DNA of 62,598 nt, counting the filler, from Asterionella formosa (lineage: Eukaryota), in NCBI GenBank assembly GCA_002256025.1. It is 26 parts of 26 records of this genome, joined end to end, with 100 filler letters (N's around TTAATTAATTAA, not from the genome) between each part and the next. Parts side by side here need not be neighbours in the genome. Positions count along the whole stretch, not along the records: positions 9,666 to 11,981 come from NKIB01000005.1; positions 12,082 to 14,396 come from NKIB01000006.1; positions 14,497 to 16,811 come from NKIB01000007.1; positions 16,912 to 19,226 come from NKIB01000008.1; positions 19,327 to 21,640 come from NKIB01000009.1; 21 more parts are not named here. The stretch is one strand, 5' to 3'. The position numbers were made by a program, and so were the translations under genes. Of the stretch, positions 11,357 to 21,740 are shown piece by piece. How positions within the stretch are numbered: position 1 is the stretch's first letter; each line of letters begins with the position of its first letter. Under the pieces are notes generated by a model. It made no database searches, had not been told where the DNA came from, and saw only the letters and a list, made by a program, of their open reading frames with translations.

Positions 11357-12959
11357 CTTCATCGACCAAAACATTTTGCTCAGATTGATTTGGTGAGAAC
11401 GTCGATTTCACGGGTCTGCTGTGCCAAGCGTTATTGATTTAACCGTTAACACTCCTGCTCATTTCTGTTTGAATTCCTGTGCCTGCCCCTCAGCCGCTAA
11501 CAACTTGAATGAGCGAAATTGCTTTGCTGTAAGTTTCGGTAGGTAGTAATTAATGGATTGTGCTGAGACAAAGAGTTTAGCTTTCTTTTTCCCATATTGA
11601 ATTGTTTCTTTTTTAGCTAAATGACCGCAGAGTCCGGGAAATCCTCCTTGCTTGTACCAGGTACCGGCACCAGGAAGGACTAGAATGGTACCTGTTACAT
11701 ACCAGGTATGCACTAGCTTAGAGACTAGTAACTGATGTCACTGGTATCACATAACATGAGATTTCAAATACAGTACGGTACCGCTAAAAAAGGAGGCGAG
11801 GCCGACGCCAAAGAATGCCAGAAATTTGCGATGATTATTTAGAATGGAAAGGTAATGTCGAAGTATGCCTGTTTATAAGCTATGACCACCACCGGGCTCT
11901 GCGACTTGGCGTGTCACACTCATCATCAGAACAAGAGCAAGAAAGAATAGAAGTGATGAAGAATCCCAATCAAATCATTGCNNNNNNNNNNNNNNNNNNN
12001 NNNNNNNNNNNNNNNNNNNNNNNNNTTAATTAATTAANNNNNNNNNNNNNNNNNNNNNNNNNNNNNNNNNNNNNNNNNNNNGTCTCCCTGTCACTACAAT
12101 CTTCCTCCGTTACACCAATTCAAATGAGATAGAAGTGATCCAGCCTCACACTGCTCATACAATCAAATCATCGCTCACACCTAACTACCTTTGAGTTATG
12201 TTTTCTGCTATCAATCTTTTGCAATTAAAAAACCACCATGATCACTTAAATCATGAGCTGCTGTTCGATACCGGTAAGTTTTTCTATGATCACTTCTATT
12301 GCGATATCAGTATAAATGAAAAATAATTTTTTGTATCACTGAAGATATATCTACCGTAAATCCCATGTTCTTATCTCCCCAAATGTACACACCCACGACT
12401 AGATTTACTGATGATGGCGATTTTAGCTTTGCCCACTTCCGTTTTTCAAAATGTCATGATCCCCATTGTCTTTTCCATGGTTGGAAACATACAAATATTG
12501 ATAAGTATTTCTTGCATCGGTTTCTATTATCATTTTACTTTCCAAATTTTGGCGCACTTGTGCTAGAAAGTTAGCTCAAGTCACATACTAATTTGTAGAG
12601 TGACATAGTTAGCTTAAGAAATCTATTTCCAGCCACATTTTATCTTTTGTAGGTTCTACAAGGTTCTGTTGTGCTCAAATTTCCGCAAGCCAATCAATCA
12701 TTCTTTGATTCTTGTGCATCAGCACGAGGACGAAAAAATTCGCTTCACTCATAAAGGTGTATTGTCAAAAAACCCAAGGCAGTTAATGCATCCTTTTGCG
12801 GTGTCAATACCAACAACCAATTCTTATTTGAAAATATCTTGTTTCACATATTTTTCTTCAATTAATCAAGTTATTGTTTTAGTCGTCGTTGTAGTCACTA
12901 CACAGATACTGTGAAATGTCAAGTCTATTCATAGCATCCTTTGCCTCTATTTTCGTTCT

Positions 12960-13115
12960 CAATATTTGTTATTAGAATAGTTCTTTAACAATTGTTTTTT
13001 CTATGTTCTTCTTGATATATGGACCAAAATGGAAAGCGTCGTTCTCAATTTTCATGTAGATATTCGCTATTTTTGTCATGGTCAAGGCTTTGACAACATG
13101 ATACAAGATGCTCCA
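12960..13115 (-). repeat. Diverged interspersed repeat shared with ~20465..20630
   Basis: The reverse complement aligns with the contig-9 segment (tatcatgt..tc...gccttgaccatgac.aaaata.c.aatatct.c.tgaaaa.tgaga). Both yield similar spurious peptides (YHVV/ISALTMTKI). Confidence 0.7.
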
Positions 13116-13593
13116 TCCAAAGTTGGCTAACAGGGTGCTGTTATAGAGACTAAGTTGGTGATTGTTTCCAAGAAGGAGCTGTATCTGTGGCATATCAAAT
13201 GTTTTGTCCAAATTGGTGTTTCTCACATTCCAGGGTTGTTTGGAAGCAATTTAATTATTATGCCATGGCAGAAACAATTAAGAGAGTGAACCAGAAGTGG
13301 GAAAAGAAGCATGATTGAGACAAGGGTATTTACCAATTAAAATCCTCTACTATTGTGTGCTCCATCAATTTATTTCATACCTTGTTAGATGTACTGCTGG
13401 AAGCAGTTAAATCACTAGGTTCAAGTTCCAGCACATACCTGCATATGTAATGGTCACATGTATCTCCACCACACTGCATCAATTAACCAAAAAATGACTC
13501 CACCAGAGGGACCGGTATGTAGTAATAATCCTCTACCACATGTAGGTATTATGGTTCTTCCCAGTTACCGGTACATCCAATGCCTTCCACGGT

Positions 13594-13955
13594 CATTACC
13601 GGTACATAGGTAGTAAATATTTAAATACTTAAAGATAACTGTTCGGCAATTGAACATCATTTATTAGTAACTGGAGTATGGTACCATCGACCAATCGCTG
13701 CTACTACTGGTGCATATGATATTACCGTATACTGGAACAAAGGGAGTACCGGACAGGTCAGTACATGCCAAATACGCATTACCGTGTACATAGGTGGTAA
13801 CTATTGAAATACTTAGAGATAACTGTTCAGCAATTGAAGAGTATTTATTAGTATCTGAAGTATAATGTCATCGACCAATGGCTGCAACTACTGGTTCACA
13901 TGATATTATACTCGAACAAAGGGAGTACCGGTCATGTCAGCACATGCCATATAGT
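13594..13955. repeat. Diverged tandem duplication, ~183-bp unit x2
   Basis: Units start cattaccggtacatagg (13594) and cattaccgtgtacatagg (13777) and are colinear through gaacaaagggagtaccgg...catgcca. Confidence 0.9.
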
Positions 13956-14496
13956 TTATCGGTAAGTACATCGGCTTTCTCATGAGTGTACCTGCATCCT
14001 GAAACTGAAACGTTATCTATATCTTTACGGGAATCCTAATTATTATTTTGTTAACTTCGTCAGCAAAATGACCCCAACTTGCTGGCACCAGGTACTGTAG
14101 AAAAAGATGGACAACAATTTCCTCTTTAAGTATTCGCTCCCAGTACACGTTTCCGTAGCCGCTACGTATTTGTCCGACATCTCAAGTGCTCCATGTTGTG
14201 ACAACTCGTTTCTCTCTATTAAATTTGTTTCGCGTTTACAAGGGTAAGAAGATTGAACACAACGTATAGGATGTGGATTTGTTCCTGGAATTCCAGACCT
14301 ATGTTTGATGCTTCTTGGGGTCATAGTTTCTACCGGTATATGCATTGCAACGTCATGATTTCGGCTTTAGATGCTGTTAGCGGACAAAGGAACGGANNNN
14401 NNNNNNNNNNNNNNNNNNNNNNNNNNNNNNNNNNNNNNNNTTAATTAATTAANNNNNNNNNNNNNNNNNNNNNNNNNNNNNNNNNNNNNNNNNNNN

Positions 14497-16811
14497 GAAC
14501 GTAGCCTTTCACTACAATACGTCCTTTGTATCGAATACTCTTATCCTGCTCGGATTTCTTCTTGAATACCCAGCGTGTGCCTAAGGGTTTTCTGCCCTTG
14601 AGATTGTCACGAGGAACCATTTTCCAAACATTTCGCTTGTAGAAATTGTTGATTTCATTTTTAATAGCAACGGTCCACTGCTTGCTCTCGTCTCCTTTCA
14701 TAGCCTCCTTGTAATGCTTTGGCTCCCCAGGATCGGAAGCAAGCGTTGTAGAATATGCATAGAACCTCTCTACTCCTTCTTCACTTTGAAATAGTTCATC
14801 ATCATCTTGATAGGCCGCTTCAGCATAATCGATTTCTTCAATTGATCCTTTGTCCTTGTCATCTAGTTGTAAGTTGCGCCGAGCACTAGTGCGTTTGCCA
14901 GTAACTTCTTTCTAACCATCAAGGCATTTCAATTATCGTTCCAATTTTGCTTTCCTTGAAGCATCTTTGTTGATCTCATCATCTAACTTCCCCACTGCTT
15001 CGGATAGCTGAAATCTTGTTTATTTCACAACTGGAACAGGTGTTTCCAAATCAATATCCTGCTGGATAGGTGGCACAGCAGGAAGAACATCTTCCTCCTG
15101 CTTTTCATCATCAATTGGAATAACAACCATTTCTGTGTCCCCTTCCACATTGAAATCCCCCCTCAAACCTGCAATTGGACTTGTTTGGCCATGCCAATCA
15201 GCCCAGCGAATGTCTCGACTATTTAAAATCTTTTTCGTCTGAGGGTTAAACATTCGGTAAGTGTCTCCAGAATGATCATGAGAATAACCAACCATCACAC
15301 ATTTAATGGCCTTTTCTTCGAGTTTATTTGTTTTCTTAGCACCAATTTTCACCCATCCGATCCTGCCAAAATGCATTAGATGATCGTAAATCATTGGAAC
15401 CTTTTTGTAAAACTTCTCATCTGCACTTTTTACGTCATTGGATGTGGCCACCATGTTCGTGATTCGTGTGTTGGTGTTGATGGCCTCTGCCCAAAGTAAA
15501 CCTTGAAATTCATCATTAAATTTTGAAGCAAACATTGCTGCACATGTTCGTTGATGAATGGTTACAAACTTTCACTCAACAATTTCATTCTGTTGTGGCG
15601 TGTAGGGTGCCGTAAACTCAATTTGAATATTGAATTTGTCACATAGCTTTGTCAAACCTGAGACGTTTTCACCTGCATTGTCACAACGGAGAAATTTGGT
15701 AACATACTCAGCCGTTTTGAGTTTAGTCAACAAATCTTCAATCTTGGAAGCAAGCTGTGACTTCTTCTTAACAAAGAAACTCCAAGATTTTCCGGTGTAA
15801 TCGTCAACAACAAGGATCCAATAGTCATTTCCTAAAATCGACTTTTTATATGGACCGCTGATATCTGTGCACAAACGTTCGCCCGATTGAGTAGCCTTGC
15901 TCATAGTGATTTTAGGAGCACTTTTTGCTTTAGCCTTAGCTAGCGCACATCCTTCACATGTATACATCACACCTGTCATTTTGATACCAAGCGATTTCAT
16001 AGTAGCCCGCAATGCCGCTTCCCCAATATGTCCGTATTTAGCGTGAGCTTCATTAATGTCCATACTGGTCAATTTCGTTGTGATGACCTCTGCAGATAAG
16101 ATATCACTACCACCTGGGTAAATTCCACGAATTCCTTGGAAATAGTACAAAACATCTGAATGATCACGTTTGAAATCTAGCGTCTCATTTTTCCCCGCTT
16201 TTGTCAGAGTCATTTTGTTGTGCTTCATACCAAGTTCGTATTTACCATCACGTACGAAAGTACCAATGCTGATAATATTTTTATGAAAGGTAGGTGTATA
16301 AAGGACATTCTTAAGCAAGAGTGTCTCATTGGTCACTTTGTTTCGCACGCAGACATCTCCGCGTTCCTTGCAAATGACTTCTTTACCATCGCCTACAACA
16401 ACGCGTACATTTACTGCTTTCACATTTGTCATATACTTATTGCACATAGTAATATGACTGGTTGCGCCTGTATCAGCTAACCAACGTTCATTTTCCTCGA
16501 TTGATGCGCAAATTTTACTCTCACTGTTTTTGATGCTTGCATGGTGTGCTTGATTGATCTCTTCATCCTCAATTTCAATCGTCACTCCAATAAATGCATA
16601 TTCTGTTTCTTCGCATGTAATGTAGACCTTTGTGTCTTCAACATATTCATAGTCAAAAAACGTCTTGTTGTTTGTAGTCAAGTTAATTATTTCAAAATCA
16701 TCATCTGTATCAGACTTTTCATCATGGATTTCGATCGTTTCAACAATACCAACAAACATTCCAGTTTCTTTCTTTTCCTTTGTTTTCTTTTCTTCAGGAC
16801 AATCCTTAGCA
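14497..16811 (-). mobile_element. Ty1/copia family A internal fragment (protease, integrase, RT start), disabled copy
   Basis: WLADTGAT protease, HAKYGH..CEGC zinc finger, TDISGP / RCDNAGE integrase, WVFKKK..YKGRIVVKGY RT start. Premature stops at 15572, 15020 and near 14913-14936 relative to the intact copies. Confidence 0.95.
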
Positions 16812-16966
16812 NNNNNNNNNNNNNNNNNNNNNNNNNNNNNNNNNNNNNNNNNNNNTTAATTAATTAANNNNNNNNNNNNNNNNNNNNNNNNNNNNNNNNN
16901 NNNNNNNNNNNTAACATATTAAGTGAACTTTATTCTACAATTATGTGAACGAAATTACAGAATTAC

Positions 16967-17082
16967 GTGAAGGATTTCAAATAATTATGTGAAGTATTTC
17001 AAATAATTATGTGAAGTATTTCAAATAATTATGTGAAGTATTTCAAATAATTATGTGAAGTATTTCAAATAATTATGTGAAG
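16967..17082. repeat. 22-bp minisatellite (GTGAAGTATTTCAAATAATTAT) x5.3
   Basis: Head-to-tail, nearly perfect copies with no spacers. Confidence 0.95.
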
Positions 17083-17254
17083 GTGATCACATAATATAGT
17101 GATGATCAGGAATGCATGCATGATACTTTGATCAAATATTTAACGTGATGTATTCAGATAATATATAGACATGTTCAACTACGTATTTTGATGTATTCAA
17201 CTAATTCATGTGATGCATTCAAAATCAACTAGGCTTATTTACGTGATGGTCACT

Positions 17255-17959
17255 TCACGTAATACGCGGCTTAGATGTACGACTCAATGTGATCATTTCG
17301 TCCTTCTCCCCATTCTTCTGGTCGCGAAATGTAATGCAGATGATGTCGGCAAGATGGTTTGTTGCGCGATTTTGTGCGATATCTTTGCGCTCCTGAAAGA
17401 AGCGAATTTCTTGAATGCGTAGCAGTTTGGTGTGTCGTTCACTGTGGATGGTCAAGTATTCACAGGAGCGCATCGCGAAGAAAAATGCTAAGATAATGAG
17501 TGGACCCATGCAAATGTCGACCGGTGTCGCGTGTTGAAAATATAATTTTAAAATAAATTCGATTGTTAACGCTCGTTGATGTTTAACGGCTGGATCGGTA
17601 TGTCGATAAGCGGAGAACTGGAGGCGTAGAATTCGGTGAGTCTTGCCGTGTATGGTTGTTGCGGGGTCAGGTCTGTCGTTCTCCACAAAGGTCGCCGATA
17701 GAGATGCGATGGTGTTACGGACTGTCGCTGATGCCAGAGGAGTGTCTCGATGTGTACTGAACTCGGCCTGCCGGACGGCATGCGCGAATTCTCCGATGAG
17801 TCGAATGCGTTGTTCTGGGGAGAGGTTGGCGAGGAATGGATCGGTGACATCACAAAATCCAATGGACGCCAGGAATTCGGTCCAAATGCGGAAGACGCGA
17901 TTAAGCTTCGCTGTGGTGTTAGCTTGAAGTCCTTGGGAGCGCGCCCGATCTGCATCCAT
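17255..17959 (-). CDS. Tyrosine recombinase of YR retrotransposon copy 1, C-terminally truncated
   Basis: LAFFFAMRSCEY (catalytic R) and FRDQKNG (K). The ORF ends before HxxR/Y where AT-rich sequence begins. Confidence 0.85.
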   Translation of the reverse strand: MDADRARSQGLQANTTAKLNRVFRIWTEFLASIGFCDVTDPFLANLSPEQRIRLIGEFAHAVRQAEFSTHRDTPLASATVRNTIASLSATFVENDRPDPATTIHGKTHRILRLQFSAYRHTDPAVKHQRALTIEFILKLYFQHATPVDICMGPLIILAFFFAMRSCEYLTIHSERHTKLLRIQEIRFFQERKDIAQNRATNHLADIICITFRDQKNGEKDEMITLSRTSKPRIT

Positions 17960-19226
17960 AAGATAAGCTTGGAGGCGATGTCGGTGGGGAGCGGCGAGAT
18001 GGAGAAATTCGGGGGCATCTGGTGGGTGGCCGAGTGATGGATGAGGTGTGTTAGTTGTGCGTTTGATAGATGATGGTCACGAGAGAGGGAATCGGCTATC
18101 ACGTTGTCGTCTCCGGGGATCCATTGGCTGTAGCTACACGCCTGGGTTTGCTCGAGGGTTGCGGCGAGCCAGCGAGAGATTTCTAAATGGGTCGATTTTT
18201 CTAGACCTTGAAACCGTGCGCCACCGCGGTGAAGCCAATAATCCGCCGTCGAGCTGTCCAGTTGGGAGGGAATGCAGCCGTCGGGTCGAATGTTACCGAC
18301 TGCGGCTTCATTTGCAATGGTGGTGATGGATGCAAGGTACTCCAGTAGGTTCAACGACAGATGTCCCCGACATTCTGTTGGAATTTCGAATCGCCAGGCT
18401 TGGCCCGATGTGAGCGAGAACCCTCCGATTCCGTGTTGGCAGGCGTCGGCACGCAGGAGAATGGTGGGAACACGTAGTGTTAGTCGGTTTAGGCTGATTC
18501 CTTGGCTTGCGGTGCGTAAGAAGGTGAGCCATTGCCGCAATTCTTCCTTTTGTAATTCCGATAATGGAATTCTTTTTCCGCTGACCCTTGCTCGGCGTTC
18601 GGCACGTCGGAGATGGCATAGAAAGGCACGAGCGGTTGGGATCACATAAGAGGCATGGTTCAGGCGACCGATCGTGGTCGCTAATACTTCACAATCAACT
18701 GTGGGCAACTGTAGTATTCGGTCAATTTCCGGATTCCAGGACATGAGTTTATCGTGGGGGAGGCGTAGTCGAAGGGTGCGTGTGTTCACCTCCCATCCTA
18801 ATATTATCTTGGATTCTTCCGGAGAGCCTTCTGCTGTCATTTTTTCGAACGCGAGTAGATCTTCACGTTGTAGGGGTTCGGAATCAGCTAAAGGTCTGCC
18901 CAACAGATGTAGCATAAGCAGTGTAATTCGTGAACCTTTCCATATAGCTGTGGGATTATCCAAGAAACACGTGAATAGATCGTCTAGATAAAATTCAGTA
19001 AACGGTGCTAGGTCAGCATCGATCGCTACCGTCGTGGGTTGTGCTGGTTCACAAGTTGACCTAGTGTCGAGGTACCTTGGCATGGTGACATATTTTTGTT
19101 GGTGTGGGGATTCCATTGTGGGTGTGGACTCCGAGTTCCATTGGTCGCAACGTGACAACAAATTGCATGTGTCGCATGCTAGTTCAGAGACATCGCTCCA
19201 CATGCTTGGGTTTGGTGCCCCCCCCC
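17566..19226 (-). mobile_element. DIRS-order (Ngaro/PAT-like) retrotransposon RT-RNase H ORF, copy 1
   Basis: RT GGAPNPSMW, FYLDD, ILGWEVNT. RNase H RADACQHGIGG, LNLLEYLA, LDSSTA, WIPGDDNVIADSLSR. Overlaps the YR ORF by 394 nt. Confidence 0.9.
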
Positions 19227-19671
19227 NNNNNNNNNNNNNNNNNNNNNNNNNNNNNNNNNNNNNNNNNNNNTTAATTAATTAANNNNNNNNNNNNNNNNNN
19301 NNNNNNNNNNNNNNNNNNNNNNNNNNATCATTTGGATACGAAATCATCATTTGCGAACACATAGACTTTCTAATTAGTACACTAATGATAGCAATTTTAC
19401 TAACTAGTTGGCAAGCATGAATAATAGAAGTACCAAATATACCGGTAATTTACTTCCTGGTACCTGGTCAACAGAACATTTGTACATCATGCTAAAAATA
19501 TAACAATCGCAACATGTGGACATTCCAACCACATTTGTGTAGATATTAGTTTGTACAAGACAGTATACCGCGCGCATGTCAAAGTGTGCCTAAGATAAAA
19601 TACCCTTTGGAAAGGTACCGGTAGTTATGGCTCGAATGAGTCGACTTTTGGTATACCAAGGTCCTATCTTC

Positions 19672-20083
19672 TGTTGAAATGGTCCGTACTCCTTCCCGCG
19701 GGCTGGGTCTCTCTTCACGTAGACTCTTACATACTCGAAGTACTACCTAATACCACTTACTTTCTCTCTCGTCTCTGCTTCTAGCCTTCCTGCTAGATAG
19801 ACTACTAATTGACCTTCCTGTCAATTAACACACTGTTTCCTCAATTGATAATCTAAACTCAAATTAAATTATAAGCTAAACTAAATGTTTCCTTTCCATG
19901 CATCTTTGCTTCCCGCAAACAATCCGTTCTAGCTAAGACTCTCTTTGAGTTTCCACTTAACATTTCCATAGATATCTTCAATCTTTGATCTCGTTAGACA
20001 GCTGATTGACATGGCAATGCAATATTTTTCTTCGATTAAAATCGAGTCCACAATCCTTGTGACTTGGGCTAATATTCTTGACA
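19672..20083. mobile_element. Solo-LTR-like element, copy 2 (412 bp)
   Basis: TGTTGAAA...CTTGACA termini, homolog of 5026..5432. Flanks are ATCTTC and ATCCTC, a candidate target-site duplication with one mismatch. Confidence 0.78.
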
Positions 20084-21518
20084 ATCCTCAACCACATGAT
20101 ATCATTCTGGAAAAATGAGCCAAAAGATATAGACTATTCAGATGACTGATATATTGAATTTAATGATCAATGGTCACAAACATATGATCAATGAATGTAA
20201 TTGAGACACAAGTCTATCTATGAATGTATGATCTGATAAATGCAAACAGCATTTAGAGGTTAGTACTGCATACTTCAGTGTCCTGGCCCCCCTTCGTTGC
20301 TGGACCCTCCATACATTTTACTGGAGGTGGCACTAAACACCCAATAATCTTCTAAAAATAGACAAAGTATAATGCAGAAATTGGTATATAATTATTTAAC
20401 TGAGAAAATGTATTATTTTTTGTAAATGTAAAAACACTAGAGTATACTGGTAGTGGTTGTGAACATCTGGAGAATCATGTATCATGTCATCTCTGCCTTG
20501 ACCATGACGAAAATAACAAATATCTCCGTGAAAACTGAGAGTCATGCCTTGCTGCTACTTGATACATACATAGTGAACAAAATAGAAAACACAATAATAA
20601 TAAAATGTTTTAATAACAATAATATTGACAATGACAATTAAACTCGCCAAAAGCAACCTGCTGTCACATTTTTCATGTAAGATGAAGAACTTTCTCAGTT
20701 ATCACTTAAGCCTGTGCTAAAGAGGCTGAGCAAGAAATGTCATCTGGGGTTCACATTGATTAAGCACCTATAACGTTCGATGTCTAAAAAAGATGTCCAG
20801 ACTTTATGTGTGACAGCATTTGCCGCCTTCTACCGTATGTTGCAGACATTTTCCCTGGACATATCTGTGGGTCTTTCCTCCATCATTTGTATGTATGTGG
20901 AGGTAGTAGCAGGACTGATGGCCGATGGAATATAGTGAAGTGAACACTCCCGAATTTTCTAGTATTCTTTGTATAGCAAAGTTAAAATATGGATGCTCCT
21001 TTCTGCAGTTTCTCACCAGATCCTATATCCTGGCTGACATTATATTTGACCAATGACTGCTCTAAGCATATGCAAAGGGTGTCTTATGTTGAAATCCCTG
21101 TTTGGCAATATGCATATATTCTTTATTTGTAAAAGGGGTGTGTTTGGTTATTCTGACTCAATATAATTTTTTAACCCTAGTTCGAGCTAGGGGTTCCAAA
21201 GCTGGAACCCCTTACCAGTTTAGTTAAATATTCAACGAGTACATACCGGTACTGGGCGCGCTCTGATAATAAAAAATTATTATATCATGTGTATTATAAC
21301 ACAAATCGTTGTACCCATAACCCCAAAATTTGTGTTTGTGTTGACCAAATTTGGTAAACAATGCTTATTTTTCTGGTTCAAGATTTCCTCGACCTATGGT
21401 GTCCCCTCGATTTAGAGATAAGGCAGAGTCAAACAATACTGGGCCTGTTGAGAAAGTGCTTTCTCCTTTTTCGACACAGTTGCTTCACAAGGCTACTCGA
21501 ACTGATACTGATAACCTG

Positions 21519-21545
21519 CAGCAGCAACAACAACAGCAGCAACAG
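21519..21545 (+). repeat. CAG/CAA trinucleotide tract (Q9) in a possible exon running off the contig
   Basis: Reads LQQQQQQQQQSMMNMMMMSIMASL in ORF 21351..contig end. Product unknown. Confidence 0.6.
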
Positions 21546-21740
21546 AGCATGATGAACATGATGATGATGTCAATCATGGCATCATTGTTGAATCATGGGG
21601 TATCTCAAACAACCACCTCCACTGACAGTGCCAATCCCACNNNNNNNNNNNNNNNNNNNNNNNNNNNNNNNNNNNNNNNNNNNNTTAATTAATTAANNNN
21701 NNNNNNNNNNNNNNNNNNNNNNNNNNNNNNNNNNNNNNNN

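Noticed and set aside
16967..17082. CRISPR-like array
   Set aside because: The repeats are contiguous with no spacers, and there are no cas genes.
21173..21212. Overlapping hairpins (CCCTAG..CTAGGG, GGGGTTCC..GGAACCCC) as a Helitron end
   Set aside because: No correctly spaced terminal CTRR after the hairpin, and no second copy to define a boundary.
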